This document shows, in pieces, positions 1-10,324 of a DNA stretch of 64,000 nt; position 1 is the stretch's first letter; each line of letters begins with the position of its first letter. This DNA is from an uncultured Chthonomonadaceae bacterium (GTDB taxonomy: Bacteria; Armatimonadota; Chthonomonadetes; Chthonomonadales; Chthonomonadaceae): assembly GCA_963817895.1 (NCBI GenBank), contig CAWFQB010000011.1, positions 256,001 to 320,000 on the forward strand. The letters are read 5' to 3'. A model generated the notes under the pieces. That model was not told the DNA's origin and did not search any database. It saw only the letters and a list, made by a program, of their open reading frames with translations. Both the position numbers and the translations under genes were made by a program.

Positions 1-438
1 AAGCGCAAGCGGCGAATTGGCGCAAATCAGCATTTTGACCGCCATCTTCGCGCCGCCGAGACTTAAATCATGAATATTGCCCAGTTCACAATCGGTATCG
101 GGCAGTCCTAAAATTTCGGCAATGGCCGCGTTCAAACGGTAGGGAGTCGGTATCGCGCAGTCGTAGCGTTTGCTGCGGCGACGCTGAAGCAGCTGAGGAT
201 TGCCGATTTTGGTGACGAACATGTTATCGCGCCGATTAACAACTGTGGAATGGCACTGGTACAACCCGCCATCTACCGTTTGCACCAACTGCACCTGCGC
301 GCCCGGCATAATCAGGGCGGCTTCCGCGGGTTCTACGGAGATGAGCAGATGTTTGCCGTCGCTGTGCCGGATGGTGGCAGGCAGACGGTATTCTTCCGGT
401 AACAGGGTGACTTCGACATATTCGGTTGCGTCGAACAT
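1..438 (-). CDS. PilZ-domain (YcgR-like) c-di-GMP-binding protein, 3' end outside window
   Basis: Not in ORF track. Manual translation from ATG at 438: MFDATEYVEVTLLP...LLQRRRSKRYDC...IHDLSLGGAKM, which contains the PilZ RxxxR and DxSxxG motifs. The frame is open to position 1. Confidence 0.75.
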   Translation of the reverse strand, partial: MFDATEYVEVTLLPEEYRLPATIRHSDGKHLLISVEPAEAALIMPGAQVQLVQTVDGGLYQCHSTVVNRRDNMFVTKIGNPQLLQRRRSKRYDCAIPTPYRLNAAIAEILGLPDTDCELGNIHDLSLGGAKMAVKMLICANSPLAL

Positions 439-592
439 AGTGAGTTGGTTTCCAAAGGCATGGAGGACTGGCAATCCTCTGCTGACGCCGACATTCGTGG
501 TTTGTTTGCGCCGGGTTCGGTAGATTATCGGTTTAAGGCGGCGGCGTGTGCAGGTTTGGAAAGGGAAAGATTGCGCAAAGATTCAAGGGGAA

Positions 593-637
593 GGGAAAAG
601 GGAAAAGGGAAAAGGGAAAAGGGAAAAGGGAAAAGGG
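593..637. repeat. (GGGAAAA)x6 heptamer tandem array, solo arm
   Basis: Six perfect units at 593-634 plus GGG. Confidence 0.95.
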
Positions 638-752
638 GTAAGAAGGAAGAGAAAAGATTAAGGAGGGATAAGGGAACGTTTGGTGATGGGGTATGCGGAG
701 GTGGATAGATCGGCAACGATGTTTTAGATGGAGGCGAAGGGCGGAACACTTA

Positions 753-1427
753 TTATGGGTCGCGGAGCATCAGCAGCGATACCCAACGCTGGCGGGAACC
801 CGGGGCAACGGGACGCGGTTCCGGGGAATGGAGGCGAAACCCCATGCGCGCGTACAGCCGTCTCGCGCCCATGTTGCCCTGAAGCACATGCAGCGCCATG
901 CGGTTTCGCCCATTCGCCTGCGCCCACTGTAAAGCGTCCTGCATCAGAAGCGTGCCTACGCCCTTGCCCCGTTCCCGCGCGTCTACCGCGAGGGCTTCGA
1001 CGTACACAAGGTCATTGCCTTTTGGAATCCGCTTGTTGATGGCGAAATTGGCGAAGACGCCGCCAACGAACGCCCGGATACCCCTCCAAAATCCAGCCTG
1101 TTCGCGGATCACCTGCCAGTAGGTCTTCAACGCGCCCCTGCCGATAGATTCGCCGATGTGCAGAATGGTAACGCCGATGATATGGTCGTCACGGACTGCA
1201 AGCCGGGTTGTGGCGAGAGAGAGAGTCTCCGCTCGGTACAGAGCGCGCAGAATACCGGCGGTCTGCTGTATGGAAAAACGCCCGAATATCCAGTGGTACA
1301 GAGCCGGAAACGCTTCCGCCAGTATCCGGCTGATGGCGTCGGCGTCCTCAGAGTTTGCAGCCCGAATATGGACCGGCGAAGGCGGGGAATTGGCTTCCGG
1401 CAGGCTGTGTTCGTCTGTATCCTCCAT
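753..1427 (-). CDS. GNAT-family N-acetyltransferase
   Basis: YVEALAVDARERGKGVGTLLM (motif A) and N..ARRLYARMGF. Confidence 0.9.
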   Translation of the reverse strand: MEDTDEHSLPEANSPPSPVHIRAANSEDADAISRILAEAFPALYHWIFGRFSIQQTAGILRALYRAETLSLATTRLAVRDDHIIGVTILHIGESIGRGALKTYWQVIREQAGFWRGIRAFVGGVFANFAINKRIPKGNDLVYVEALAVDARERGKGVGTLLMQDALQWAQANGRNRMALHVLQGNMGARRLYARMGFRLHSPEPRPVAPGSRQRWVSLLMLRDP

Positions 1428-1675
1428 GATAATTTTTATAATCCTCGTTCCTCTAATATGTCCTGAATTGATTGGTAGCGCTATTCAGTACGCGCATGCA
1501 ACGGGAAATATCAGCAAACCGCTCAGGCTTTATCCCGCAATCGTGATTATAGATGAAATGGAACATTCAATGTAGGCAATGAATGTAGGCGATTTGTTCC
1601 GAGTTCTTTCAACTTCTGACTGCGCAGGTGTCCGATTTGCGAAAGCAGGCAGGGAAATGTGGCAGGGATAATTAA

Positions 1676-1777
1676 GAGCCTATCCCAATAGGCGGTTGTA
1701 TTTGCGTCCGAAGGCCGCTTGGCCGCAGGCCACTCAGACGGGTACGTTCTTTGTACCCGGCCAATTGGGATAATTAA
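1676..1777. mobile_element. MITE copy (inverse orientation of 41906-42007) with degenerate right end
   Basis: Begins TAA|GAGCCTATCCCAATAGGC. About 97 bp align to the reverse complement of 41906-42007 with few mismatches. The last 5 bp of the right TIR are replaced. Confidence 0.8.
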
Positions 1778-1947
1778 GCTGCGCGTGACTTTCGCGCCTC
1801 CATCTGTATCTAATAGAATGTATACGCGCCGCTTCGTATCGCCGGATGCGGCATAATGGCATACGAACTTCAAGGTTTGCGCGGATATAGCATCTGAAAA
1901 TCACGGGGCAACCGTGTCGAGTTGCCGCTTTCAGAAACCTCTCTCGT

Positions 1948-2538
1948 TTGAATTGTGAAAAGGCGTTGGCAGTGGAGCGACTCATCGGATTGGGCATATT
2001 TTCGCAAAGCAAAACTGTGGACGAGCAGCAATGGCTTGACGCCGCCCGGAGCGGGCAGGAATGGGCGCTGGAGCAGTTTTTCCAGTGTTATCAGCCCGCC
2101 GTGTACGCCCTGTGCCACCGCCTGCTCGGACGCGCGGAAGATGCTGAGGACGCGACGCAGGCCGCGTTTGTCCAGGCATTTGTCGCGCTGCCGAAGTTTC
2201 GGGGAAACAGTCAGGTGAAAACATGGCTGTACCGCATTGCCGTCAATGAGGCATTAAGTCTGTTGCGCAGGCGCGGCAACGCTCCTGTGGAACTGGACGA
2301 AACCTTCCCTGCAAATTTGCCCGGACAGGAACACGAGAACATACAGGAGCGTCTGGCTGTACAGCGCGCGCTGGCAGGGTTAAAACCGGAACATCGGGCT
2401 ATACTGGTGCTTCGTTTTTGGGAAGACCTGAGTTATGAAGAGATCGCCGCCGTGCTGAACGCGCGTTTGCCGACCGTGAAAATGCGGCTTGCCCGCGCCC
2501 GCGAAAAGTTTCAGAAACAGTATGAAGTCGAGGGTTGA
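1948..2538 (+). CDS. ECF RNA polymerase sigma factor (true start may be GTG 2017)
   Basis: DAEDATQAAF..., KTWLYRIAVN (region 2); LSYEEIAAVL...TVKMRLARAR (region 4). Confidence 0.93.
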   Translation: MNCEKALAVERLIGLGIFSQSKTVDEQQWLDAARSGQEWALEQFFQCYQPAVYALCHRLLGRAEDAEDATQAAFVQAFVALPKFRGNSQVKTWLYRIAVNEALSLLRRRGNAPVELDETFPANLPGQEHENIQERLAVQRALAGLKPEHRAILVLRFWEDLSYEEIAAVLNARLPTVKMRLARAREKFQKQYEVEG

Positions 2539-2573
2539 TAGCTCACAGCGGATAGAAGCAGGATGAGGCGAAT

Positions 2574-3707
2574 TTGATGAGAAGGCAATGGCATGGTTGG
2601 CGGATGCGGGGGGCGCTCCTGCGCTATCAAGACGGCGAACTGCCCCTTGCGCAAGCGCGACAAATAGAAAATCACCTGGCCAGTTGTGATACTTGCCGGA
2701 AGCGTTTGAATGTCTGGAAGGCAGCCGAACAGTCATTGACGCGGCACACTCCCCGGCGGAACGAACTTATTACCCGGGACGCGCAACGCCTGCTGGCGGC
2801 TGTTCGGATGCGGGTGGAAGCGCAGACGCAAAACACGCAGCGGTTGGTTCGCAGGCGTAAAATCGCAGCGTTGGCGACGGCCTGCGCTTTTGCGGGCTTA
2901 TGGACGGCATATCCGGGTACGAAACTGCTTGAAGCGAAGAACGAGGCTGCTACCGATGTGTCCGTTTCCGCATCGCCGCGCAGGAATGAGAAACTCGCGA
3001 ATAACATCAGCAAGCCGCGTTCATTCCCCCTTCAATCTCTATCTCCGCAGGTGGCAATTCCCGCGGGAACCGGACGCCCTGAAAATCAGCAACCGCCGAG
3101 CGTCAGGCGCAATTACCAACATAGCGCAGTGACGACAACAAGAATGGAAATCGGCAGCAAACAGCGGACGTATCGGAAGCGCGGGAGAAGAAAATTTGAA
3201 ATGCTGGCTTCGCGACGAGCGCGCGGAAACAGATCGGCAAGCGGTCATTCGCCTGTGTCTGTCAAATCTGTTGAGGATACAGGTAACGCGCTTGTACAAG
3301 CAGGCGAGGGGACAAATAATGAACCATTTGCCGCCTCGGAAAGTTTGAGCCTGCTGGCGCAGAACATGCGCGGATTGCCGCCGGACAGCCATTTGCTGAT
3401 TACGGTGACGGATGCTGCGGAGAAGAATGTTGTCACCCAACCAGGCGGGGACACGATAACAGGCGACAATCACGCGCCATCCCTGCCGCTGAAAAGCCGG
3501 TCGTTGGAGGCAGAACCTTCCGGCGCGGCAACCGTGTCCGCGCTACAGGTGGATGACGCGGGAACGCAGGTCTGGCGTTTTTGTTCGGTTGCGCAAAACA
3601 AAGAGGGCATCACAACGGTACGCTGCGCGACAGCCTGGCAGATCGGGCGCAAGCCCATATCCAGCCTTGCCGTCATGACGGAAACCACACAGGGAGACAG
3701 AAAATGA
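2574..3707 (+). CDS. Zinc-finger (ZAS/zf-HC2) transmembrane anti-sigma factor
   Basis: YQDGEL...IENHLASCDTC (HxxxCxxC), one TM segment, directly after the ECF gene. Confidence 0.85.
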   Translation: MMRRQWHGWRMRGALLRYQDGELPLAQARQIENHLASCDTCRKRLNVWKAAEQSLTRHTPRRNELITRDAQRLLAAVRMRVEAQTQNTQRLVRRRKIAALATACAFAGLWTAYPGTKLLEAKNEAATDVSVSASPRRNEKLANNISKPRSFPLQSLSPQVAIPAGTGRPENQQPPSVRRNYQHSAVTTTRMEIGSKQRTYRKRGRRKFEMLASRRARGNRSASGHSPVSVKSVEDTGNALVQAGEGTNNEPFAASESLSLLAQNMRGLPPDSHLLITVTDAAEKNVVTQPGGDTITGDNHAPSLPLKSRSLEAEPSGAATVSALQVDDAGTQVWRFCSVAQNKEGITTVRCATAWQIGRKPISSLAVMTETTQGDRK

Positions 3708-4831
3708 ACAAACGGAATTGCTTGTGGCGCGTGGGATTGGGATTGCTGCTGCTTCTGCCGGTGAACATGGCGGGCGCTCAAGGGGGGGGTGGCATTGGCG
3801 GCGGGGTGCCGGACGATGGCTCGTCGCAGCCGGTGAACATGGACTATCCGGGAATGATTTTCAGTGGCAGTGGCAGCGTTGATGACGGGCCTCGCGGGAA
3901 CACTATTCGGCATACGCTCATGCTTACCGGACGCTTGAAATATCTGACGAAATCCATAAACGCGCATTTGGATAAGGCAACGCTGTCGGACGCATTGAAC
4001 GCGCTGGCTCAAGCTTCCGGAATGATTGTGACTGCGCCAGTGAATATTCTCGACACAAACAAGCGCCTGACCATAGAAGCGCGTAATGTCCCAATGGGAA
4101 CGGTTCTGGAAGCTATTGCCCAACAAATGGAGGTAATAATCGCGCCGCAGGATACTGTGGGCATTACACTCAAGCCCTGGCCGTCCCTGAACATCAATGG
4201 ACACAAAAGTCAATATAGAGGTTCAAACGCGCCCTGGTCAGATGAATGGCTGGAACTGCATCCTCCGGAAAATATTGCGCAGGGTGGCGGCGGTGGTTTT
4301 GGCGGCTTCGGTGGTGGGGGCAGTGGTTCAGGCGGTGGACTCGGCGGGGCGTTTGGCGGCGGACAGAGGATTGACCCTGCAAGCGGGGGAACTTCGTCGG
4401 GCAGGCGTGGTTCGGCTCCTAACGGCTTACAGGGCGCGGGCGGCGGCATGGGAACGCCACCCCCGCGACCTGAACCGGGTGTGTCCATACCGAAAGCGGA
4501 AAACCGCTCAAGTAACCCGTTCGCGTCTATGTCATACGGACCCGGCGCGTCAGGGGCTTACAATTCCGCGCCGTTGTCCATGACCGTTTCCGGTGACAGA
4601 CTGGCAGTGGCGGAGCCGACAACCGGCCCGAAAGGTGAACCGGGCTACCAGCTTACCGTGTACAACATTGCAGGGGGGCAGATGAAGATCGTGAGCAGCG
4701 TGTTTCATGCGTCTGTAAGTCGCATTGCTCACCGCTCTCTCCAATTCCAATACAATTGGAACAGCCTCCATAAAGATAAAGGTAGTTCGATCTATACAGC
4801 GCCGAAGGGGAGTGGCGGCGGTGGCATGTAG
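3704..4831 (+). CDS. Exported Gly-rich protein with secretin/TonB short N-terminal (STN)-like domain
   Basis: ATGA overlap with the anti-sigma gene; signal peptide; INAHLDKATLSDALNALAQASGM...RLTIEARNVPMGTVLEAIAQQ resembles STN; long Gly-rich linker. Confidence 0.6.
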   Translation: MNKRNCLWRVGLGLLLLLPVNMAGAQGGGGIGGGVPDDGSSQPVNMDYPGMIFSGSGSVDDGPRGNTIRHTLMLTGRLKYLTKSINAHLDKATLSDALNALAQASGMIVTAPVNILDTNKRLTIEARNVPMGTVLEAIAQQMEVIIAPQDTVGITLKPWPSLNINGHKSQYRGSNAPWSDEWLELHPPENIAQGGGGGFGGFGGGGSGSGGGLGGAFGGGQRIDPASGGTSSGRRGSAPNGLQGAGGGMGTPPPRPEPGVSIPKAENRSSNPFASMSYGPGASGAYNSAPLSMTVSGDRLAVAEPTTGPKGEPGYQLTVYNIAGGQMKIVSSVFHASVSRIAHRSLQFQYNWNSLHKDKGSSIYTAPKGSGGGGM

Positions 4832-4857
4832 GCGGGTGATTGGAGCCGATGCGCCGT

Positions 4858-5790
4858 TTAATTCATGGCGGGTTCGAGCAATGTCAGGGCGCGGTTGGTG
4901 GCATCCAGCCGCGCCCTGACGCCGAGCGGCAGCGTGAGTGGATTGGGTTCGTGGCCGAACGGGAAACCTGTAATTGTGGGTTTGCCGAGGGGCTTGAAAA
5001 AATCCTGCCAGAGCGCGTCGGGCGTGTTGGCGGGCGGGTCGGATTCCTGTGATTGCCAGCGCGTGACCGTGCCGATAACAAAGCCTGCGGCCTCCGCAAA
5101 CGCGCCCGCGTTACGTAACTGCGTCAGGTCTCGATCCACGCGGTAAACGGCTTCCCCCACATCTTCCAGCAACACGATTTTACCCTTGAAATCGGGCGGA
5201 TAGCGCGAACCGCAGGCATGCGCCAGAAGGCAGATGCAGCCGCCCGCGAGTTCGCCTTCCGCAATTCCGCCCACAAGAGTTTGCATAGCTTCGGGGGAAG
5301 CGGGCAGGGTTCCCAAAGGCTCGTTTTGTTCCAGGCTGCGCCAGAAAACATCGGTTGATAGCGCATCCAGATTGCGCAGGGAAGTGGCGTTGGGACTGTG
5401 AAAGGTGACAAATTCAGCGGCCTGCGTCAATAGCAGGTGCAGGCTTGTAATGTCGCTGTAGCCGGTGAAAATTTTCGGATGGGCGCGGAAAACATCAACA
5501 TCCAGAAGATCAAACAGGCGCATGGCCCCGTATCCGCCCCGGCAGGCGAAAATCGCGTTTACATCCGGGCGGACAAACATGGCCTGCAAATCTCCCGCCC
5601 GTTGCGTATCCGTGCCGGACAGGTAAGTGTTGCCGCTCATGCCTGCCAGAACGTGTTCGCCCACCACGACGCGATACCCGCGCCGGGTTATAATGGATAT
5701 GGCCTCATCCAGTTCCTCCGGCTTGACGGGACCGGAAGGCGCGACAATGCCGATGGTGTCGCCGGGGCGTAAGCGGGCGCATTTGCGCAC
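4858..5790 (-). CDS. LD-carboxypeptidase (peptidase S66)
   Basis: GDTIGIVAPS, RGGYG, GYSDIT, LLEDVGE and FGH motifs. GTG start at 5790 with AGGAAGAGG upstream. Confidence 0.92.
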   Translation of the reverse strand: MRKCARLRPGDTIGIVAPSGPVKPEELDEAISIITRRGYRVVVGEHVLAGMSGNTYLSGTDTQRAGDLQAMFVRPDVNAIFACRGGYGAMRLFDLLDVDVFRAHPKIFTGYSDITSLHLLLTQAAEFVTFHSPNATSLRNLDALSTDVFWRSLEQNEPLGTLPASPEAMQTLVGGIAEGELAGGCICLLAHACGSRYPPDFKGKIVLLEDVGEAVYRVDRDLTQLRNAGAFAEAAGFVIGTVTRWQSQESDPPANTPDALWQDFFKPLGKPTITGFPFGHEPNPLTLPLGVRARLDATNRALTLLEPAMN

Positions 5791-5886
5791 TGTTTTCCTC
5801 TTCCTGAATATGAAAAAGTGAAGGAAGAGCCAGATTGGTTCCTCCTTCACTTTCACGCGATACTTATGATGTTCGGCAAGGGATTG

Positions 5887-6045
5887 TTACAGCGTGGCTT
5901 TGCCCTTTGTCAACAGGTTGAAGACAACCAGCACAATGGCGACAACGAGCGCGATGTGAATCAGCGCGCCGCCGAAGTGAAGCACCAGGCCCAATAGCCA
6001 GATCACGAACAAGACAGAGATAACCGCCCAAAGAATACCGGCCAT
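5887..6045 (-). CDS. lmo0937/DUF5670-family small membrane protein (52 aa)
   Basis: Not in ORF track. MAGILWAVISVLFVIWLLGLVLHFGGALIHIALVVAIVLVVFNLLTKGKATL with GAGG RBS. Confidence 0.8.
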   Translation of the reverse strand: MAGILWAVISVLFVIWLLGLVLHFGGALIHIALVVAIVLVVFNLLTKGKATL

Positions 6046-6273
6046 TTCAATACCCTCTTTTCATCATGGAGTACACCGCCGTTATTTTCTGTTTCGGGCG
6101 TCTCAGCCCGGCAGCGATGTAGGCTTGTAAATGTAATACCTTCCAAAACCATGCGCCTCGAGTATCGGCGGAAATGGAAAGCGCGATTTGGATTGCAGAT
6201 AGGACGTAGCCAGATTTAGAAACGTTCCCAATTGTTTGAGCGTATTTTTCGTAAAGCAAAAAGGAGAAAAACT

Positions 6274-6477
6274 ATGCCGCAGTACCAACAGCAGAAAAAG
6301 GGGCAAGCGCGTATTCGCATTTTGGGCAAGGATGCCACCCGCGCCTACATGCTTCTGATGCAGAAGACCGGGGGCAAATTGCAGGCGCTTCCCAATGGCG
6401 TGTTCGTGCTGGAAGAGAACCTGCTGGAATACTTGCAATTGAACAGCATCGAGTTTGAGCGCATAGACGAAAAGTAG
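6274..6477 (+). CDS. Small hypothetical protein (67 aa)
   Basis: AAGGAG RBS before ATG 6274; plausible composition. Confidence 0.65.
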   Translation: MPQYQQQKKGQARIRILGKDATRAYMLLMQKTGGKLQALPNGVFVLEENLLEYLQLNSIEFERIDEK

Positions 6478-6496
6478 ATCGGGCGGATGTTCGCTC

Positions 6497-6572
6497 TTGA
6501 ATCCGATGCCCGTTTTGCGCTATACTAATATTGGGCCATGCAGGAGGACTCCTGTGTGGCTTTTTTCTTTTT
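6497..6572 (+). promoter_or_regulatory. Sigma70-type promoter, GGGC start and intrinsic-terminator leader upstream of pyrG
   Basis: TTGAAT(6497)-18-TATACT(6521-6526), GGGC at 6533. An 11-bp stem (6535-6545/6550-6560) is followed by T6CT5. Confidence 0.6.
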
Positions 6573-6621
6573 GTTTATATTATGGTATGGGGTAGGGCGT
6601 AACGAGGACGTGAGGACGCGA

Positions 6622-8370
6622 ATGACAAAGTATATTTTTGTGACGGGGGGCGTGGTCAGCAGCGTGGGCAAGGGCATCACGACGGCCAGCCTGGGACGAC
6701 TGCTGCGCAACCGGGGTTTTCGGGTGACACTGCAAAAACTGGACCCGTACATCAATGTGGATGCGGGAACCATGAACCCCTATCAGCACGGCGAAGTGTT
6801 CGTCACCGAAGACGGCGCGGAAACCGATCTGGATTTGGGGCATTATGAGCGGTTTGTGGACGTGGATTTGACGCGGCGGGCCAGCGTGACGACAGGCAGC
6901 GTGTACAGCAGCGTGATTGCCAAAGAGCGACGGGGCGACTATCTGGGCGAAACCGTGCAGATGATTCCGCACGTATCGGGCGAAATCAAGGAGCGGGTTC
7001 GGGACGCGGCAAAGGGCGTGGATGGGCAGCCGGACGCTGACGTGGTAATCGCGGAAGTGGGCGGAACGGTTGGCGACATCGAGGGGCAGATTTTTCTGGA
7101 AGCCATCCGGCAATTCCGCAAGGATGTGGGACACGAAAACGTGATGTACATTCACGTTACGCTGATACCCTCCGTCGGCCCGTGGAACGAAGTGAAGACT
7201 AAGCCCACGCAGCACAGCGTCAACGAACTGCGCCGCATCGGAATTCAGCCGGATGTGCTGATTTGCCGTACCAAAGTGCCGCTGTCGCAGGAGATCAAAA
7301 ATAAAATTTCCCTGTTCTGCGACGTAGATACGGGCGCGGTGATTGAGGCGCAGGATGTGGAAACCATTTACGAGGTTCCGCTGCATTTCGAGGAGGCGGG
7401 GCTTGCCGATCTGGTTGTCCGCCGCCTGAACCTGCCCGCCAACGAGCCAAACCTGACCGAGTGGCGTGAGATTGTGGAGCGTATCAAACGGCCCAAATAC
7501 GTTGTGGATGTGGCGGTTGTCGGCAAATATGTGGAAAACGGCGACGCTTATATCTCCATCGGCGAATCCCTGCGGCACGGCGGAATTGCCAATGATACCC
7601 GCGTCAATCTGCACTGGATAGACAGCGAGGAACTAGAAGACGCCAATGTCGCGGAGCGATTGGCGGGAATAGACGCCATTCTGGTCGCGCCCGGTTTCGG
7701 AGCGCGGGGCGTGGAGGGCAAAATCGCGGCGGCAAGTCTGGCCCGCGTCAACAATATTCCGTTTTTGGGCGTATGTTACGGGATGCAGATGGCCGTAGTC
7801 GAATTCGCGCGGCATGTGGGCAGTCTGGAAGGGGCGCACTCCGAAGAGGTAGACGCCACAACGCCACACCCGCTGATACACATTCTGCCGGATCAAAAAG
7901 ACGTAGTGGACAAGGGCGCGAGTATGCGTCTTGGAACCTATAAATGCCAACTCGTAGCCGGGTCGCTGGCCGAAAAACTGTACGGCGCGTCGTCCGTCAA
8001 CGAGCGGCATCGGCATCGGTACGAGGTGAACAACGACTACCGCGAACAGCTAAACAAATTGGGACTGCGCTGTTCGGGCCTGTCGCCGGACTATCGCCTT
8101 GTGGAAATTATCGAAATTCCCGAACACCCGTTTTTCATCGCCACGCAGTTTCACCCGGAATTTCGGTCGCGTCCCAACCGCGCGCATCCCCTGTTCAGCG
8201 GCCTGATTGCCGCCGCGATGCAGAACTCGCGCCGCCTGCTCGTTCCCGCCGAAACTGCATTGAGCAGCAACGGCGTGGGCGCGAAGGAACACGCCATCGT
8301 CAACAACGGACATGACGGACGCGAAAAAAGCAAGGCCAGCCGGGGCGAAATGAAACTGGAAGAGGCGTGA
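6622..8370 (+). CDS. pyrG: CTP synthase
   Basis: [51 protein letters not shown]. Confidence 0.99.
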   Translation: MTKYIFVTGGVVSSVGKGITTASLGRLLRNRGFRVTLQKLDPYINVDAGTMNPYQHGEVFVTEDGAETDLDLGHYERFVDVDLTRRASVTTGSVYSSVIAKERRGDYLGETVQMIPHVSGEIKERVRDAAKGVDGQPDADVVIAEVGGTVGDIEGQIFLEAIRQFRKDVGHENVMYIHVTLIPSVGPWNEVKTKPTQHSVNELRRIGIQPDVLICRTKVPLSQEIKNKISLFCDVDTGAVIEAQDVETIYEVPLHFEEAGLADLVVRRLNLPANEPNLTEWREIVERIKRPKYVVDVAVVGKYVENGDAYISIGESLRHGGIANDTRVNLHWIDSEELEDANVAERLAGIDAILVAPGFGARGVEGKIAAASLARVNNIPFLGVCYGMQMAVVEFARHVGSLEGAHSEEVDATTPHPLIHILPDQKDVVDKGASMRLGTYKCQLVAGSLAEKLYGASSVNERHRHRYEVNNDYREQLNKLGLRCSGLSPDYRLVEIIEIPEHPFFIATQFHPEFRSRPNRAHPLFSGLIAAAMQNSRRLLVPAETALSSNGVGAKEHAIVNNGHDGREKSKASRGEMKLEEA

Positions 8371-8568
8371 CCTCACCCCCAACCCCTCTCCTTGCCGCGC
8401 AACGCGCCAGGAGAGGGGAGACTGTAAATCAATTGCATTTTCTGAACGTGCTTCAATAATTTCGTTGGAAGTGAGTTGACACGTTTCTTTATGTCAACAG
8501 AGCAGGAAGTAACAACAAAGCCCCTCTCCTGGCGCGTTGCGCGGCAAGGAGAGGGGTTGGGGGTGAGG
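8371..8568. repeat. REP-like palindrome doublet (CCTCACCCC..CCCCTCTCC family)
   Basis: 48-bp perfect inverted arms (8371-8418/8521-8568), each internally palindromic, around a 102-bp AT-rich spacer. Confidence 0.92.
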
Positions 8569-8584
8569 TAAAGAAGGCAAGACT

Positions 8585-8863
8585 ATGAACCTACAACGTT
8601 TGCCGCAAGGCAGGCAGATGAATCGGCAGATGTTTACGCTGATGTGCTATGCCTATATGTTTTTGGGCGCGTGTTCCATTGTGGCGGGGGGACTGGTGTA
8701 CGCCCTGCCGCTGTTTTTGGGCAGCAAACACCCCAAACATATTGACGCGGGGTTGGGATTTATCATTGTCGTGCTGATCGGCTTCGGCACAGCGCGTATC
8801 GCTACCGCCATCGTCAACCTGCGGCGCATAAGTAAACGAAACACCCAACACCCTATTTCGTGA
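8585..8863 (+). CDS. Small two-TM membrane protein
   Basis: Two hydrophobic segments; GAAGG upstream. Confidence 0.6.
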   Translation: MNLQRLPQGRQMNRQMFTLMCYAYMFLGACSIVAGGLVYALPLFLGSKHPKHIDAGLGFIIVVLIGFGTARIATAIVNLRRISKRNTQHPIS

Positions 8864-8871
8864 GGAGGACA

Positions 8872-10293
8872 GTGCTTGTGTCCGAGCGTGTTTTGTCCCC
8901 GATTCGCGTGGCTCCCTCCGGGCGGTATTTTGAAACGCTGGACGGTCAGCCATTTTTATTTATCGGCTTCAATGACGCGGTTTCCTGGCCGACGCTGAAG
9001 GAGTTGTACGGGCGCAAGGATGTGGCGTCGGTAGAAGCCTATTTACAGCATCTTGCAAACAGTGGCGTCAACACGCTGCGCCTGATGCTGGAATACGCGC
9101 ACTTCGACTCGCATCTGCTGGAAAAGCCCGTCGGCACGTTCAACCCGCGCATGGTTCAATTCTGGGATGATCTGCTGGCGCGCTGCCGGGAGTATGGCCT
9201 GCGCGTTTTGCTGACGCCCTGGGACACGTTCTGGATGTCCCGCCGCTGGCACAAACACCCGTACAACGTGGAACACGGCGGGCCGGCCAATAATGCGCAG
9301 GACATTTTTCTCAGCGAGGCTACGATACAGGCCACGATTCGCCGCTTTCATTTTGTCATCGAGCGGTGGGGACAGGACGGAACCATTGCCGCGTGGGATT
9401 TATGCAACGAGATTCATCCCTACTGGGGCGGCTCGCCGCAGCATCAGGCGTCCGTGATTACGCGCATTTCGGAGGCGGTACGCGCGAAGGAACTAAGTTT
9501 GTACGGCTTTACGCGCCCGCAAACGGTATCCGTTTTCGGCCCCGACCCCGGTGACGGCTACGAAGATTTAGTCTTCCGGCATCCCCATCTGGACTTTTCC
9601 ACCACGCACATTTACAGCAAGGGCGCGATAGATTCTCCCCGCAACACGGTCACGGCAGCGGTGACAATGGCGCAATGGACGCGCTACGGACGGGAACGAA
9701 CTCTGCCCAATCGCCCGTTTACCGACAGCGAACATGGCCCTATACACCTTTTCAACGACCACAAAAAGACGCTGCCCGAAGCCTTCGACGATGAGTACGA
9801 GCGGCATCTAACGTGGACGCATCTGGCGTGTGGCGGCGCGGGGAGTGGGATGCGCTGGCCCGCCCGCCATCCGCATCAGATGACGGAGGGCATGTTGAAA
9901 TCGCTGCGCAGCATGGCGTCGTTCACGCGCCTGATCGCCTGGCGGCACTTTGCGCCCCGCGACGTTGCCGGGGATATTCGGATGCAGGCGAAAAATGTGC
10001 TTGCGTTCGGCATTTCAGACGGCTTGCAGGCAGTTGTGTACCTGCTGCGCGGCAAGCAAACTCGCAATTCACCCGGCCTGCTGAAAACCTGCGAGTCTAC
10101 CGAACCGTTCCCCGTCTCCCTCCGCAACATGACCCCCGGCCCGTATTCGATTGTTCTCTGGAACACCCGCGAAGGCTGTTCCGAAGGCCAACTCACGGCA
10201 ACGGCGGGAGAAAACGGCGTTCTGCAATGGACATTGCCGTGTCTGGGCAACGACCTTGCCCTTGCCATTCGCCCCCGCTCGATCATGGAATAA
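8872..10293 (+). CDS. Clan GH-A (GH5-like) glycoside hydrolase
   Basis: GVNTLRLM, IAAWDLCNEI (acid/base NE), FSTTHIY, FTDSEHG (nucleophile); GAGGAGG RBS. Confidence 0.7.
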   Translation: MLVSERVLSPIRVAPSGRYFETLDGQPFLFIGFNDAVSWPTLKELYGRKDVASVEAYLQHLANSGVNTLRLMLEYAHFDSHLLEKPVGTFNPRMVQFWDDLLARCREYGLRVLLTPWDTFWMSRRWHKHPYNVEHGGPANNAQDIFLSEATIQATIRRFHFVIERWGQDGTIAAWDLCNEIHPYWGGSPQHQASVITRISEAVRAKELSLYGFTRPQTVSVFGPDPGDGYEDLVFRHPHLDFSTTHIYSKGAIDSPRNTVTAAVTMAQWTRYGRERTLPNRPFTDSEHGPIHLFNDHKKTLPEAFDDEYERHLTWTHLACGGAGSGMRWPARHPHQMTEGMLKSLRSMASFTRLIAWRHFAPRDVAGDIRMQAKNVLAFGISDGLQAVVYLLRGKQTRNSPGLLKTCESTEPFPVSLRNMTPGPYSIVLWNTREGCSEGQLTATAGENGVLQWTLPCLGNDLALAIRPRSIME

Positions 10294-10324
10294 CCTGCGT
10301 TTGCAGGAGGCGTAATACTCTGTA

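Noticed and set aside
445..749. Lys/Gly-rich and Phe/Pro-rich short ORFs
   Set aside because: Translation products of the (GGGAAAA)n array.
8371..8568. CRISPR array from repeated palindromes
   Set aside because: Copies are inverted pairs or dispersed, not direct repeats with regular spacers; no cas genes.
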